Shown here piece after piece: positions 41,046 to 54,700 of a stretch of DNA of 64,000 nucleotides. A model generated the notes under the pieces. It was given only the letters and a program-made list of their open reading frames with translations, was not told the origin of the DNA and did not search any database. Origin of the DNA: Macrostomum lignano (taxonomy: Eukaryota); NCBI GenBank assembly GCA_002269645.1, contig NIVC01003158.1, positions 103,390 through 167,389 of the forward strand. Reading direction: 5' to 3'. The first letter of the stretch is position 1. Each line of letters opens with the position of its first letter. The position numbers and the translations under genes are program-made.

Positions 41046-41393
41046 GTTGAGTATAATCTAGTAAGCATATGCATATAAAAAATACAAGCCAGCACCGTCA
41101 TCAATTTAGCTTCATAAAAGCACCGGAATTTTTACAAGAGAGAAACAATCACTTAGTACAGTACTTATAGTAGACAGAAGGAGCGCACTGCTTACAGTGC
41201 CCAGTGAAAAACTGTTTACAAGCGAATTGATGCACATTATTTACGAGCTATTCAAAGCTGAAACTCAAATTAGAAACAAAAAAGCTGCTCAAATGCATCG
41301 CAGACTGAAAAAATCAATATTGATCGATCCAGGAACCCCGACGCGAATAGATTTTTTTAAATTGTCGTTAGCTCGTATTGGCAACCGTATTGT

Positions 41394-43256
41394 TTAAAAT
41401 CGGGCCTGCTTATTTCGGCCATAGTGGCTGTTGAATCCGCTGTCGCTGGTTGATCGCTTAATGCCGTGCTGATGATGGTGGCGCTGATTCTGATGATGCT
41501 GCTGGTGATGGTGCTGATGCTGCTGATGTTGCTGGTGGTGCTGATGATGCTGCTGATGATGGTGCTGCTGGTGGTGAACAACTGGCGGAGGGAGCGGCGG
41601 CGGCGGCGGCAGCAGAAAGTTGCCAGCTTGCTGATGCTGGCGCTGATGCGGCGGCAGCTGCGGCGGCGGCAGAAGGGGGAAGCTTGGCGGAGGCGGCGGC
41701 GGCATCGGAGGCTGCGGAAGCTGGCGGTGGCGCTGATGCTGCCGCCGGTGGTCGCTGCGGGCCTCCCGAGCGGCTCTGTCGGCCCGTTCCCGGTCGGCCA
41801 GCCGCTCTGTCGGCAGAATTTCCTGCCACTGGCGCTCGTGGCCGCTGCCCTGGCGCGGCTTCACGAGGAGTTCGGCGCCGCACAGGCGCAAACTCTGTGC
41901 AACAAGATGCCGGGATGGCGGGTGAGCTCATCTACCTGTGACAGTATCTGTAATAATACTCACTACCTGTGACAGTATCTGTAATAATACTCACTACCTG
42001 TGACAGTATCTGTAATAATACTCACTACCTGTGACAGTATCTGTAATAATACTCACTACCTGTGACAGTATCTGTAATAATACTCACTACCTGTGACAGT
42101 ATCTGTAATAATACTCACTACCTGTGACAGTATCTGTAATAATACTCACTACCTGTGACAGTATCTGTAATAATACTCACTACCTGTGACACAGCTTGCA
42201 TCACTGCCTGTGGCACTACTTGCATCACTGCCTGTGGCACTACTTGCATCACTGCCTGTGGCACTTGCATCACTGCCTGTGACACTTGCATCACTGCCTG
42301 TGACACTTGCATCACTGTCTGTGACACTTGCATCACTGCCTGTGACACTTGCATCACTGTCTGTGACACTTGCATCACTGCCTGTGACACTTGCATCACT
42401 GTCTGTGACACTTGCATCACTGTCTGTGACACTTGCATCACTGCCTGTGACACTTGCATCACTGTCTGTGACACTTGCATCACTGCCTGTGACACTTGCA
42501 TCACTGCCTGTGACACTTGCATCACTGCCTGTGACACTTGCATCACTGCCTGTGGCACTTGCATCACTGTCTGTGACACTTGCATCACTGTCTGTGACAC
42601 TTGCATCACTGCCTGTGACACTTGCATCACTGTCTGTGACACTTGCATCACTGCCTGTGACACTTGCATCACTGTCTGTGACACTTGCATCACTGCCTGT
42701 GACACTTGCATCACTGCCTGTGACACTTGCATCACTGTCTGTGACACTTGCATCACTGCCTGTGACACTTGCATCACTGCCTGTGACACTTGCATCACTG
42801 CCTGTGACACTTGCATCACTGCCTGTGACACTTGCATCACTGTCTGTGACACTACTTGCATCACTGCCTGTGACATTTGCATCACTGCCTGTGACACTTG
42901 CATCACTGCCTGTGACACTTGCATCACTGTCTGTGACACTTGCATCACTGCCTGTGACACTTGCATCACTGTCTGTGACACTACTTGCATCACTGCCTGT
43001 GACATTTGCATCACTGCCTGTGACACGGCATCTGGCAGACGCCACTTACCCTAAACAGGCGGCAGGCATAGAGCACCGACTCCTCGTGTTTGAAGGTGAC
43101 GAACGCGTAGCCATTTTTGCCATCCTTGCCGGCCACGAGTTTCACGGGACACTCGAGCGGGCCGGACTGCAGGAAGAGCTCGGTGAGCAGGTCCGCAGTC
43201 ACATCGGGGCCCAGGTTGCCAACCCACAGGGTTCTCTCGCGGCTATTGTCGTCCAT
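41394..43256 (-). CDS. RBM7: RRM protein of the RBM7/RBM11 family, 2 exons, with a Q/H/P-rich tail
   Basis: Exons 43256-43050 (MDDNSRERTLWVGNL...ELFLQSGP...GYAFVTFKHEESVLYACRLFR) and 41894-41394 (SLRLCGAELLVKPRQGSGH...). Phase 0. The FKHEESV and RxGSxH signatures match the RBM7 family. Confidence 0.85.
41935..43026. repeat. Two abutting arrays filling the RBM7 intron (31-nt x ~8, 21-nt x ~39)
   Basis: GTGACAGTATCTGTAATAATACTCACTACCT (41935-42185), then GACACTTGCATCACTG(C/T)CTGT (42186-43026). Confidence 0.95.
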
Positions 43257-43344
43257 GAAGTCCAGAAACGCTGCAGAAGTAAAATGCACCATTGTGAATG
43301 CTTTGAGATACTTGGGGAATGCTTTCTGAAGGACCAGGAAGTAA

Positions 43345-44040
43345 CAGCTCACTGAATGATCGAGAGAGGGGTGCAGCAGCTCACTGAATGATCAAGAGAG
43401 GGGTGCAGCAGCTCACTGAATGATCAAGAGAGGGGTGCAGCAGCTCACTGAAGGATCGAGAGGGGTGCAGCAGCTCACTGAAGGATCGAGAGAGGGGTGC
43501 AACAGCTCACTGAAGGATCGAGAGGGGTGCAGCAGCTCACTGAAGGATCGAGAGGGGTGCAGCAGCTCACTGAAGGATCGAGAGGGGTGCAGCAGCTCAC
43601 TGAAGGATCGAGAGGGGTGCAGCAGCTCACTGAATGATCGAGAGGGGTGCAGCAGCTCACTGAAGGATCGAGAGAGGGGTGCAGCAGCTCACTGAATGAT
43701 CGAGAGGGGTGCAGCAGCTCACTGAAGGATCGAGAGGGGTGCAGCAGCTCACTGAATGATCGAGAGGGGTGCAGCAGCTCACTGAATGATCGAGAGGGGG
43801 TGCAGCAGCTCACTGAAGGATCGAGAGAGGGGTGCAGCAGCTCACTGAATGATCGAGAGGGGTGCAGCAGCTCACTGAAGGATCGAGAGAGGGGTGCAGC
43901 AGCTCACTGAAGGATCGAGAGAGGGGTGCAGCAGCTCACTGAATGATCGAGAGGGGTGCAGCAGCTCACTGAATGATCGAGAGAGGGGTGCAGCAGCTCA
44001 CTGAAGGATCGAGAGAGGGGTGCAGCAGCTCACTGAAGGA
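43345..44040. repeat. 30/32-nt minisatellite in the CSTF2-RBM7 spacer
   Basis: Copies of GATCGAGAGGGGTGCAGCAGCTCACTGAA(G/T). Confidence 0.95.
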
Positions 44041-44351
44041 CAAGGACAAGGCGGGAACCTGATACAAACAGCTTCTGATATGCACACTCAGTAAAAAATG
44101 AATACTGAAACCTAGAAGCCAAAAATATTTTGCACAGGAACATTTTATTTGATCATATTGAACAGTCATTGAGTAGCAAACATTACAGAATGACAGCAGA
44201 GTTGATTAGCTTTTGCATTGTCCTATCAACAGTTTACTAGTAGCCAGTCAGTACCGGAACACCAGCAGAGATCAGCAGGAACAATGCCTGATGCCTAAAC
44301 CGGCACTAAACCAGAGTGAATAAATGACAGCGGCAATGAGCACACATTGAG

Positions 44352-46176
44352 TCAGATGTGACCAGCCTTGGCCAGCTGCTCTTTCAGAATCATGATGGAC
44401 CGGCGCTGGTCCTCAGGCAGCATGTGGATTTGCTCATCTGACAGCTGCAGCACCTGCATGATGAGCGCCGCCTTCTCCTGATCTCCGCCGGCGATGGCGC
44501 CCATCGACAGCTGAGCGCCGCCGCCCTGCGAAGACTGCGGCTGCTGCGGTTGCTGCGGCTGCGCCTGGGGCGGCGGCGGCGGTGGCGGCTGGCGGTACGG
44601 CTGCTGCTGCTGCTGCTGCTGCTGCGGGTAGATCTGCTGCTGATGCTGTGGTGGCGGAGGCGGCGGCGGTTGGTGATGGTGGTACATCTGCTGCTGCATC
44701 GGAGGCTGCGGAGGCTGAGGCGGCTGGTGCTGGTAGTGCTGCTGCTGCTGCTGCATTGGCTGATCGACTGGCATCACGGGCGGAATCTGCTCAGTGGTTC
44801 TGCTCAGCATAGCGATGGCCACCTTGGGGTCAACCAGCTTCATCACAATCTGAGCCTGCAGCAGGGCGTAGGCCAGCTGTGGGTTCTGCAGCAGCATGTT
44901 GCGGGCCTCGTGTGGGTTGTTCTGAATGCACTGCTTCATCTGGCGCATCAGCTCGAACATCTGCTCGGGCGGCAGGCTGGCAACCGCCCGGCTGATCTCC
45001 TCCGGCGCGTTCTTTGGGTCCACCTGGGCGGGTTGGGGTTGGTTTTTTACCTGAATTTACATTGTTGTTTCTTATCCCAGCTTTTCACTCATCTCGCTTA
45101 TCACACCCCTCTTGCTTAACATGTACTCTTCCTTGTCCTTATCCCCTTCCTTCTCCCTAATCCCCTTTCCTTGTCTCTAAAACCCTTTCCTGTCCCTAAT
45201 CCCCTTCTCTGTCCCTTATCCCCTTCCCTATCCCTAATCCCCTTCCCTGTCTCTAATCCCCTTCCCTATCCATAATCCCATTCATTGTCCCTTATCCCCT
45301 CCCTCTCCCTAATCCCCTTCCCTGACCTTTATCCCCTGCCCTGATCCTTATCCCTTTTTTGTCTCTTATCCCCTTCCTTGACCCTTATCCCCTTCCCTGA
45401 TCCTTATCCCTTTTTTGTCCCTTATCCCCTTCCCTGACCCTTATCCCCTTCCCTGTCCCTTATCCCCTTCCCTGATCCTTATCCCTTTTTGTCCCTTATG
45501 CCCTTCCCTGACCCTTATCCCTTTTTGTCCCTTATGCCCTTCCCTGATCCTTATCCCTTTTTGTCCCTTATCCCCTTCCCTGATCCTTATCCCTTTTTTG
45601 TCCCTTATCCCCTTCCCTGACCCTTATCCCTTTTTTGTCCCTTATCCCCCTCTGTGTCCACATCCACTGCCGCTTATCCCTCCCTACAGCATACAGAATG
45701 CCAAGAGCTCCCGCTCCCACCTTCTCCCCATAAGGCGAGTCCACAGGCGGGCCGGAGACGCCGGAGCCATGGCTCTGGCCATCCTGCTGTTGCTGCTGCT
45801 GCTGCTGGTTCTGCTCGCCAGCGGCCGGGCCGATGCGCAGCGGCCTGCCGCAGAACTCGATATTCTGCAGATTGCGCAGGGCAGCCTGGGCGGTAGGCAG
45901 GTCCTTATACTCGCAGAAGCCGTAGCCCTTGGGCTTGCCGGTCTCCCTGTCGTACACGAGGCGGAAGCCGATGACGGGCCCGGCCTGCTCGAACATCTCC
46001 TTCAGCCGGTCCTCGGACGCTTCGTAGGGGATGTTGCCGACGAATATGGAGCGAGCGGTCCGCTCCAGGGCCTCGCGCTCGCGCTGGCCTTGGCTTTGCC
46101 TGTCAGCCGCGGCTTGCTGCTGCTGAAGCATTTGCTGCTGCTGCTGCTGCAGTTGCTGGGGGCCTGGGGCTGCCAT
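44352..46176 (-). CDS. CSTF2: Cleavage stimulation factor 64-kDa subunit, 2 exons, ~375 aa
   Basis: Exons 46176-45721 (RRM SIFVGNIPYEASE...RETGKPKGYGFCEY) and 45023-44352 (hinge VASLPPEQMFELM...; C-terminal QEKAALIMQVLQLSDEQIHMLPEDQRRSIMILKEQL). Phase 0. AATAAA at 44149-44144. Confidence 0.95.
45125..45645. repeat. Degenerate ~19-nt pyrimidine/purine-biased array in the CSTF2 intron
   Basis: Copies of CCTTATCCCCTTCCCTGA(T/C) with variants. Confidence 0.85.
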
Positions 46177-46257
46177 TTTGGATTGCTGAAATTCAACAGA
46201 GTTATAGCGCTCCGTGATTAGGTGCGCTTGTGAGATAAGGCTAGCTCAAGGACTTCG

Positions 46258-47688
46258 GAAGCAGCAGCCTTACTCAAGTGACATGGAGGGGAAGCAGCAG
46301 CCTACTCAAGTGACAGGGAAGCAGCAGCCTACTCAAGTGACAGGGAAGCAGCAGCCTACTCAAGTGTCAGGGAAGGGAAGCAGCAGCCTACTCAAGTGAC
46401 AGGGAAGCAGCAGCCTACTCAAGTGTCAGGGAAGGGAAGCAGCAGCCTACTCAAGTGACAGGGAAGCAGCAGCCTACTCAAGTGACAGGGAAGCAGCAGC
46501 CTACTCAAGTGACATGGAGGGGAAGCAGCAGCCTACTCAAGTGACATGGAGGGGAAGCAGCAGCCTACTCAAGTGACATGGAGGGGAAGCAGCAGCCTAC
46601 TCAAGTGACATGGAGGGGAAGCAGCAGCCTACTCAAGTGACATGGAGGGGAAGCAGCAGCCTACTCAAGTGACATGGAGGGGAAGCAGCAGCCTACTCAA
46701 GTGACATGGAGGGGAAGCAGCAGCCTACTCAACTGACAGGGAAGCAGCAACCTACTCAAGTGACAGGGAAGCAGCAGCCTACTCAAGTGACATGGAGGGG
46801 AAGCAGCAGCCTACTCAAGTGACATGGAGGGGAAGCAGCAGCCTACTCAAGTGACATGGAGGGGAAGCAGCAGCCTACTCAAGTGACATGGAGGGGAAGC
46901 AGCAGCCTACTCAAGTGACATGGAGGGGAAGCAGCAGCCTACTCAACTGACAGGGAAGCAGCAACCTACTCAAGTGACAGGGAAGCAGCAGCCTACTCAA
47001 GTGACATGGAGGGGAAGCAGCAGCCTACTCAAGTGACATGGAGGGGAAGCAGCAGCCTACTCAAGTGACATGGAGGGGAAGCAGCAGCCTACTCAAGTGA
47101 CATGGAGGGGAAGCAGCAGCCTACTCAAGTGACATGGAGGGGAAGCAGCAGCCTACTCAACTGACAGGGAAGCAGCAACCTACTCAAGTGACAGGGAAGC
47201 AGCAGCCTACTCAAGTGACATGGAGGGGAAGCAGCAGCCTACTCAAGTGACATGGAGGGGAAGCAGCAGCCTACTCAACTGACAGGGAAGCAGCAACCTA
47301 CTCAAGTGACAGGGAAGCAGCAGCCTAATCAAGTGACATGGAGGGGAAGCAGCAGCCTACTCAAGTGACAGGGAAGCAGCAGCCTACTCAAGTGACGGGG
47401 AAGCAGCAGCCTACTCAAGTGACAGGGAAGCAGCAGCCTACTCAAGTGACAGGGAAGCAGCAGCCTACTCAAGTGACAGGGAAGCAGCAGCCTACTCAAG
47501 TGACAGGGAAGCAGCAGCCTACTCAAGTGACAGGGAAGCAGCAGCCTACTCAAGTGACAGGGAAGCAGCAGCCTACTCAAGTGACAGGGAAGCAGCAGCC
47601 TACTCAAGTGACAGGGAAGGGAAGCAGCAGCCTACTTAAGTGACAGGGAAGCAGCAGCCTACTCAAGTGTCAGGGAGGGGAAGCAGCA
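46258..47688. repeat. 27/32-nt minisatellite in the ZCCHC4-CSTF2 spacer
   Basis: Copies of GCAGCAGCCTACTCAAGTGACA(TGGAG)GGGAA. Confidence 0.95.
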
Positions 47689-47857
47689 GTTTCCTACGAA
47701 CTTGAGAAGCAACAAAGAAAACAAAACAGAAAACGAAGATGTTTAGACTTCAAGAAGATTGAGCACGGTGTATTCTGGCGGTTACAGGTAGAAAAATGCA
47801 TTAGAAATGTACAGAGCAGATTTGTTCATCGCAAGCAAATGTATCTCTGTAAGCAGC

Positions 47858-49793
47858 TTAGTTCTCCTTCGCCGACAAACCAGACCGGCAGCCGTGAGAG
47901 TCGATATACTTGGCCTTGACGCATCTGTTGCAGCGCTGGCAGTGCAGCCGGGCAGGCGGGTGCAGCGTGGCGCACGTGCCACAGGCTGCACAATGCGGAT
48001 TCCAGTGGGCCGAGTGGCGGGCGCAGACGGAGCACCAGCTGGTGCCGGGAGGCGGCGGCAGGCGGGACTCGGGCACGTTGGAGAACAGCCGGACGGCAGA
48101 GACCGAGGCGCTGCGCAGCTTGGCGTGATTGGCGTAGGTCAGCTGGCAGTCGTGCAGGCTGAGCCGGGGCCGCAACCACCGCTTGCCCAGGTAGTAGGGC
48201 GCCGCCACGGCTGTGAACACCTGGCGGGAGTTCGGGGAGGCGTTGGCGCTCGGTTGCTGTGAATAGGACAGGTGAGACAGATCTAATAGGACAGGTGAGA
48301 GATCTGATAGGAGATCTGATAGGACAGGTGAGACAGATCTGATAGGACAGGTGAGACAGATCTGATAGGACAGGTGAGACAGATCTGATAGGACAGGTGA
48401 AACAGATCTGATAGGAAAGGAAACAGATCTGATAGGACAAGTGAGAGATCTGATAGGACAGGTGAGACAGATCTGATAGGAAAGGAAACAGATCTGATAG
48501 GACAAGTGAGAGATCTGATAGGACAGATGAGAGATCTGATAGGACAGGTGAGACAGATCTGATAGGACAGATGAGAGATCTGATAGGACAGGTGAGAGAT
48601 CTGATAGGACAGGTGAGAGATCTGATAGGACAGGTGAGAGATCTGATAGGACAGATGAGAGATCTGATAGGACAGGTGAGACAGATCTGATAGGACAGAT
48701 GAGAGATCTGATAGGACAGGTGAGAGATCTGATAGGACAGGTGAGAGATCTGATAGGACAGGTGAGACAGATCTGATAGGACAGGTGAGAGATCTGATAG
48801 GACAGGTGAGACAGATCTGATAGGACAGGTGAGACAGATCTGATAGGACAGGTGAGACAGATCTGATAGGACAGGTGAGACAGATCTGATAGGAAAGGAA
48901 ACAGATCTGATAGGACAAGTGAGAGATCTGATAGGACAGTTGAGACAGATCTGATAGGTCAGGTAAAAACAAGAGTTGCTTACCTCGCAGTGGCCGGCAG
49001 CCGCGGCGAGATCTGCCAGGTGCTGCAGGCAGTCCATCAGGGGGGTCAGCAGGCCGCCAAAGGGCGGGTCGGCCACAATGAGGCAGACGGAGTCCGAGCG
49101 CCGCTTGGCCGCCAGCCAGCTGACGAATCTGTCTCGCCCATCCGGTCGCAGGAACGCGGCGTTGAACATGTTGAAGGCCAGACAGTCGGGGAAGAATTCG
49201 GCCAGCCGCAGGTCGGCGTCAAGCAGGAGGCTGCGGCAGCGCCGGCCGCCGATGGCGTAGCGGGCGGCCTCGTGCAGGCGGGGGCAGCCGACGCAGACAA
49301 GCCGCTGGCAGCGGAGGCGGCGCACCAGGCGGAGCAGGTAGGCCAGGCTGGGCGGGGAGAAGAAGTACTGCGAGGACTGCCGGGCGGTGAGCGCCGGCAG
49401 GAAGCCGGTGGGGGCCAGCAGGCGCCGCTTCGGTAGCCGCGGCAGCAGCCGGTGGGTGGCGCAGGCCGCCAGCTCGGAGCTGCCGAGTGCCAGCCGGCCG
49501 CAGTCCAGGCAGTAGGCGCGCAGCCGGCGCGGCGTGGCGAGGGCTTCGTCCAAGCGGCAGCAGTTTGGCGCCGACAAGGCGGAGGCCGCGCCGGACTCGG
49601 CCGAGCAGGCGCCAGGCCGCCTGGTGAAGGAGCAGCAGTGGCGCCGGGTGAATCGACCGGCGCCGTCGCGCAACACCAGGGCGAGCATGGGGCCGTGTAG
49701 CGGACAGGCGGGCGCAGCCACCTCAGCCGCATCATGGCCAGACTGCTGTATGGAGGCCACCTGTAAAGCTGGGCGCCGATCTCGACTTCGCAT
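47858..49793 (-). CDS. ZCCHC4: rRNA N6-adenosine methyltransferase ZCCHC4, 2 exons, ~402 aa
   Basis: Exons 49793-48984 and 48256-47858, phase 0. APACPLHGP (GRF-type finger start), SSQYFF, VCVGCPRLHE, LLLDADLR, catalytic DPPFGG, YANH, and the C-terminal Cys/His cluster CSVCARH...HCAACGTC...HCQRCNRCVK. Confidence 0.9.
48262..48962. repeat. 23/21-nt minisatellite filling the ZCCHC4 intron
   Basis: Copies of ACAGGTGAGA(CA)GATCTGATAGG. The last unit forms the polypyrimidine tract of the acceptor at 48257. Confidence 0.95.
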
Positions 49794-50654
49794 GAGGATG
49801 GACTGCTGAAAATTGCGTGCCAGAATATTTGATGAGATCGAGCCCAGGACCTCGGCAGGTGAATCTTGAGGCAAGATATGGGGCAACTATGAGCCCAAAG
49901 CTGGAGACCGGGCAAAAAGGCCTCGAGAATCCGCAGGATTCGACTCGAGAGAGAAAGAGGAGGGAAGGACCTCTAAATATTGTATGGCAAGAATAGACAT
50001 CGAACCAATGACCTCCTAAAACTAGTATTAGTAGCTATAGTATCGAACTTTGATAAGAGTTCGAGCCTAGGACCTCTAGACTTATACGAGCGTATGCACA
50101 GACTAGAGATGGGAGCCAAAAGTAAAACAAAAAATACGAAAGAATTGGTAAAACCACAAGAACAAGCAATGTCTGCTTTTATTAAAGAAACAGTAAACTG
50201 ACCATAATCGGCGAGAATGCATATGAAAATCACCGCCAGCCAGCAGGTGCCAACCGCACTGGCCGCTCAATATTACACTTGTCTGGGCGCACCTGGGCTC
50301 GATTAAGTTTAGCATACTACTGACAAGCCTGCACAAAATAGTAGTAACACACTAAAGCAAACTCACTAGAGCTCCGAAAACTACCAAATCAAGAAAATAA
50401 ATTTGCGAACTTCAGTTCCCAAGTTGGGAAATTGAAATGAGAAAGCGGTTGCACCAGAGCCAACAATTTAACTGAGGAGCTTCGAAGTTTTAGCCCTTGA
50501 ATAAAATTGGCGAAACGTAAGCATTAGAAGGACTGCAATGGATAGTGGACAGGCGAGTTACAAATGAGGGCGCATTAAACAATGAACACAGGTGGTCTGG
50601 GACCTTTTGTGCTCAGAAAATTTAACTTTGTATAAAGTTCACGATGTGACAAAG

Positions 50655-51420
50655 GATTTTGGAGTAACTGGGGCGACCTCAATGATGTAGCAGAGAGGAT
50701 TCTGGAGTAACTGGGGCGACCTCAATGATGTAGCAGAGAGGATTCTGGTGTAACTGGGGCGACCTCAATGATGTAGCAGAGAGGATTCTGGAGTAACTGG
50801 GGCGACCTCAATGATGTAGCAGAGAGAATTCTGGAGTAACTGGGGCGACCTCAATGATGTAGCAGAGAGGATTCTGGAGTAACTGGGGCGACCTCAATTA
50901 TGTAGCAGAGAGGATTCTGGAGTAACTGGGGCGACCTCAATGATTTAGCAGAGAGGATTCTGGAGTAACTGGGGCGACCTCAATGATGTAGCAGAGAGGA
51001 TTCTGGAGTAACTGGGGCGACCTCAATGATGTAGCAGAGAGGATTCTGGAGTAACTGGGGCGACCTCAATGATGTAGCAGAGAGGATTCTGGTGTAACTG
51101 GGGAGATCTCCACGGTGAGACAGAGGATTCTGGAGTAACTGGGGCGATCTACGTGATGTGGCGAGGAGGATTCTGGAGTAACTGGGGCGACCTCAATGAT
51201 GTAGCAGAGAGGATTCTGGTGTAACTGGGGCGATCTACGTGATGTGGCGGAGAGGATTCTGGAGTAACTGGGGCGATCTACGTGATGTGGCGGAGAGGAT
51301 TCTGGAGTAACTGGGGCGATCTACGTGATGTAGCAGAGAGGATTCTGGAGTAACTGGGGCGATCTACGTGATGTGGCGGAGAGGATTCTGGAGTAACTGG
51401 GGCGATCTCCGTGATGTGGG
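50655..51420. repeat. 43-nt minisatellite in the UBFD1-ZCCHC4 spacer
   Basis: About 18 copies of GGATTCTGGAGTAACTGGGGCGACCTCAATGATGTAGCAGAGA. Confidence 0.95.
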
Positions 51421-51761
51421 AATTTGAGCAGAAAGCGGTTCTGTCACAAGCGCAGCAGGCAGCATTCGCCAGAGCGCTTAAATCGTTACTGTTTGGCCCC
51501 TGAAGTAGGCAAAGGGTAGCGGCAGCCAGTCAAAGTGCAAAAACCTTGCCGCAAAAATTATGCCTAGCGAATAGAGACCAGAGTTTATCTCGGGCAGTGT
51601 TTTACAGCAGAGGGCGCGTACGCTATTAGAGAAAAAAATAATTTACCGAGCGAACGGAACAGAATGATTACGCAACTGAAAGTAGATCTAAGGAACACAA
51701 CTATGTAACAAGTAGAAAGCCTTCATTCGCGCATGCAGTTGAACCTTTGCAACTCTGCAAA

Positions 51762-54700
51762 TCAAGTACCAATAGTGGTTTGAATAGCTCGTACGTACTG
51801 GCAGGGCACCCAGTACAGCCAGTACATGGACTGCTCTGTGGTGCCCAGCTGCAGTCCGACAATGTGGTGCGCCTCCTGGCCTTCGATGGGCTCGCTGACT
51901 ATCCGCTTGATTGACGACATCGGGATCTTGTTGGTGCGCTCCTTAGTTCCGATCCACAGCTGGTCGATTTCCAGCTTGAATGTCAATCGAACCTGCGGGC
52001 AGGCAGGCGGATGCTGGCGGTTCTCGTGTTGGTGGGGGCGATTCTCATGTTTGATGGGGCGATTCTCGTGTTGGTGGGGGCGATTCTCGTGTTGGTGGGG
52101 GCGATTCTCGTGTTGGTGGGGGCGATTCTCATGTTTGGGGGGGGGCGATTCTCGTGTTGGTGGGGGCGATTCTCATGTTTGGGGGTGGCGATTCTCGTCT
52201 TGGTGGGGGCGATTCTCGTGTTTGGGGGGGGCGATTCTCGTGTTGGTGGGGGCGATTCTCGTGTTGGTGTAGGCGATTCTCGTGTTGGTGGGGGCGATTC
52301 TCGTGTTGGTGGGGGCGATTCTCATGTTGGGGGGGGGGCGATTCTCATGTTTGGGGGAGGGCATTCTCAGCATGGGGGGCATATTCATTTTGGGGGGAAT
52401 TCTCATGTTTGGGGGGCGATTCTCATGTTTGGGGGATTTTTATGTTTGGGAGGCGATTCTTATGTTTGGGGGGGGGGTGTGATTCTCATTTTGTAGGGGC
52501 AATTATCATGCCGGTGGGACAACTCCAGTCTTAGTTGCAGTTCAGGTCAAACGGCCCCAAATACCTTGGCACCCTGCCGATTGTACATGCCACTAAGCGG
52601 GGCCGGGGGCAGCGGCAAGTTGGCATTGAGAATTCCGGGCGTCAGGTCGTCCGGCCGGCCGTACTTGTCCAGCACTCGGCGGTGCAGGTCACGCTGCGAC
52701 AGACGAACCGCGCCAGCGCCATCTGAGTTGCCTGGATTGTTCGCTTTCGACCTGCGGACCAACGTTTGAGCGAAATTGCTCACCCGGACACAGACATCCC
52801 ATCTCGGCCAGGCCACAAGCAGACACAAGTGGACACAGACACATCCCATCTCGGCCAGGCCACAACCAGACACAAGTGGACACAGACACATCCCATCTCG
52901 GCCAGGCCACGAGCAGACACAAGTGGACTCAGACACATCAAATCTCGGCCAGACCACAACCAGACACAAGTGGACTCAGACACATCCCATCTCGGCCAGG
53001 TCACAAGCAGACACAAGCGGACGGACACATCCCATCTCGGCCAGGCCACAACCAGACACAAGTGGACACAGACACATCCCATCTCGGCCAGGCCACAAGC
53101 AGACACAAGTGGACTCAGACACATCCAATCTCGGCCAGGCCACAACCAGACACAAGTGGACTCAGACACATCCAATCTCGGCCAGACCACAACCAGACAC
53201 AAGTGGACTCAGACACATCCAATCTCGGCCAGGTCACAAGCAGACACAAGCGGACGGACACATCCCATCTCGGCCAGGCCACAACCAGACACAAGTGGAC
53301 ACAGACACATCCCATCTCGGCCAGGCCACAAGCAGACACAAGTGGACTCAGACACATCCAATCTCGGCCAGGCCACAACCAGACACAAGTGGACTCAGAC
53401 ACATCCAATCTCGGCCATGCCACAAGCAGACACAAGCGGACGGACACATCCAATCTCGGCCAGGCCACAACCAGACACAAGTGGACACAGACACATCCCA
53501 TCTCGGCCAGGCCACAAGCAGACACAAGTGGACTCAGACACATCCAATCTCGGCCAGACCACAAGCAGACACAAGTGGACTCAGACACATTCAATCTCGG
53601 CCAGACCACAACCAGACACAAGCGGACACAGACACATCCCATCTCGGCCAGGCCACAAGCAGACACAAGTGGACTCAGACACATCCAATCTCGGCCAGAC
53701 CACAACCAGACACAAGTGGACTCAGACACATCCAATCTCGGCCAGACCACAACCAGACACAAGCGGACACAGACACATCCCATCTCGGCCAGGCCACAAG
53801 CAGACACAAGTGGACTCAGACACATCCAATCTCGGCCAGACCACAACCAGACACAAGTAGACTCAGACACATCCAATCTCGGCCAGGCCACAAGCAGACA
53901 CAAGCGGACGGACACATCCAATCTCGGCCAGGCCACAACCAGACACAAGTGGACACAGACACATCCCATCTCGGCCAGGCCACAAGCAGACACAAGTGGA
54001 CTCAGACACATCAAATCTCGGCCAGACCACAACCAGACACAAGTGGACTCAGACACATCCAATCTCGGCCAGGCCACAACCAGACACAAGTAGACTCAGA
54101 CACATCCAATCTCGGCCAGGCCACAAGCAGACACAAGCGGACGGACACATCCAATCTCGGCCAGGCCACAAGCAGACACAAGCGGACGGACACATCCAAT
54201 CTCGGCCAGGCCACAAGCAGACACGGACACATCATATATCGGCCAGGCCACAACCAGACACAAGCGGACACAAGCGGACAGACACATCCAATTTCGGCCA
54301 GGCCACAACCAGACACAAGCGGACACAAGCGGACAGACACATCCAATCTCGGCCAGGCCACAACCAGACACAAGCGGACAGACACATCCAATCTCGGCCA
54401 GACCACAATCAGACACACCACCTCACACACGAGCTGAATCGCCTACCTGACATCAGCCGCTTCGCCAGCCGCGTCCTGACGCCGTACCGACGCCAAGCTG
54501 TCCGGCGTGCTGCCCACGAGCATCAGCTTGGCACCGTCGCCGACCCCGAGCTCACTGAGTCGCCGATCGTCATGGCAGAGGCCTCTGAACATGAGCTTCT
54601 GCATGTCAACCGGAACGCCAGTCAATTCCTGAAGCTGCCGTTTCAGAGAGATGACCTTAGCCGAGACCGGCAAGGTCAGGTCAATCTTGCGCTTATTGAA

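Noticed and set aside
47826-49886. 686-aa single ORF for ZCCHC4
   Set aside because: It starts at a non-ATG codon and reads through the repeat-filled intron. The conserved C-terminus is in another frame and is joined by splicing 48984>48256.
52766-54437. ORFs of 300-550 aa on both strands (also 42118-43355, 28543-30006, 25540-26069, 4250-5648)
   Set aside because: They are translations of stop-free tandem repeats lying inside introns or spacers defined by GT-AG junctions of conserved genes.
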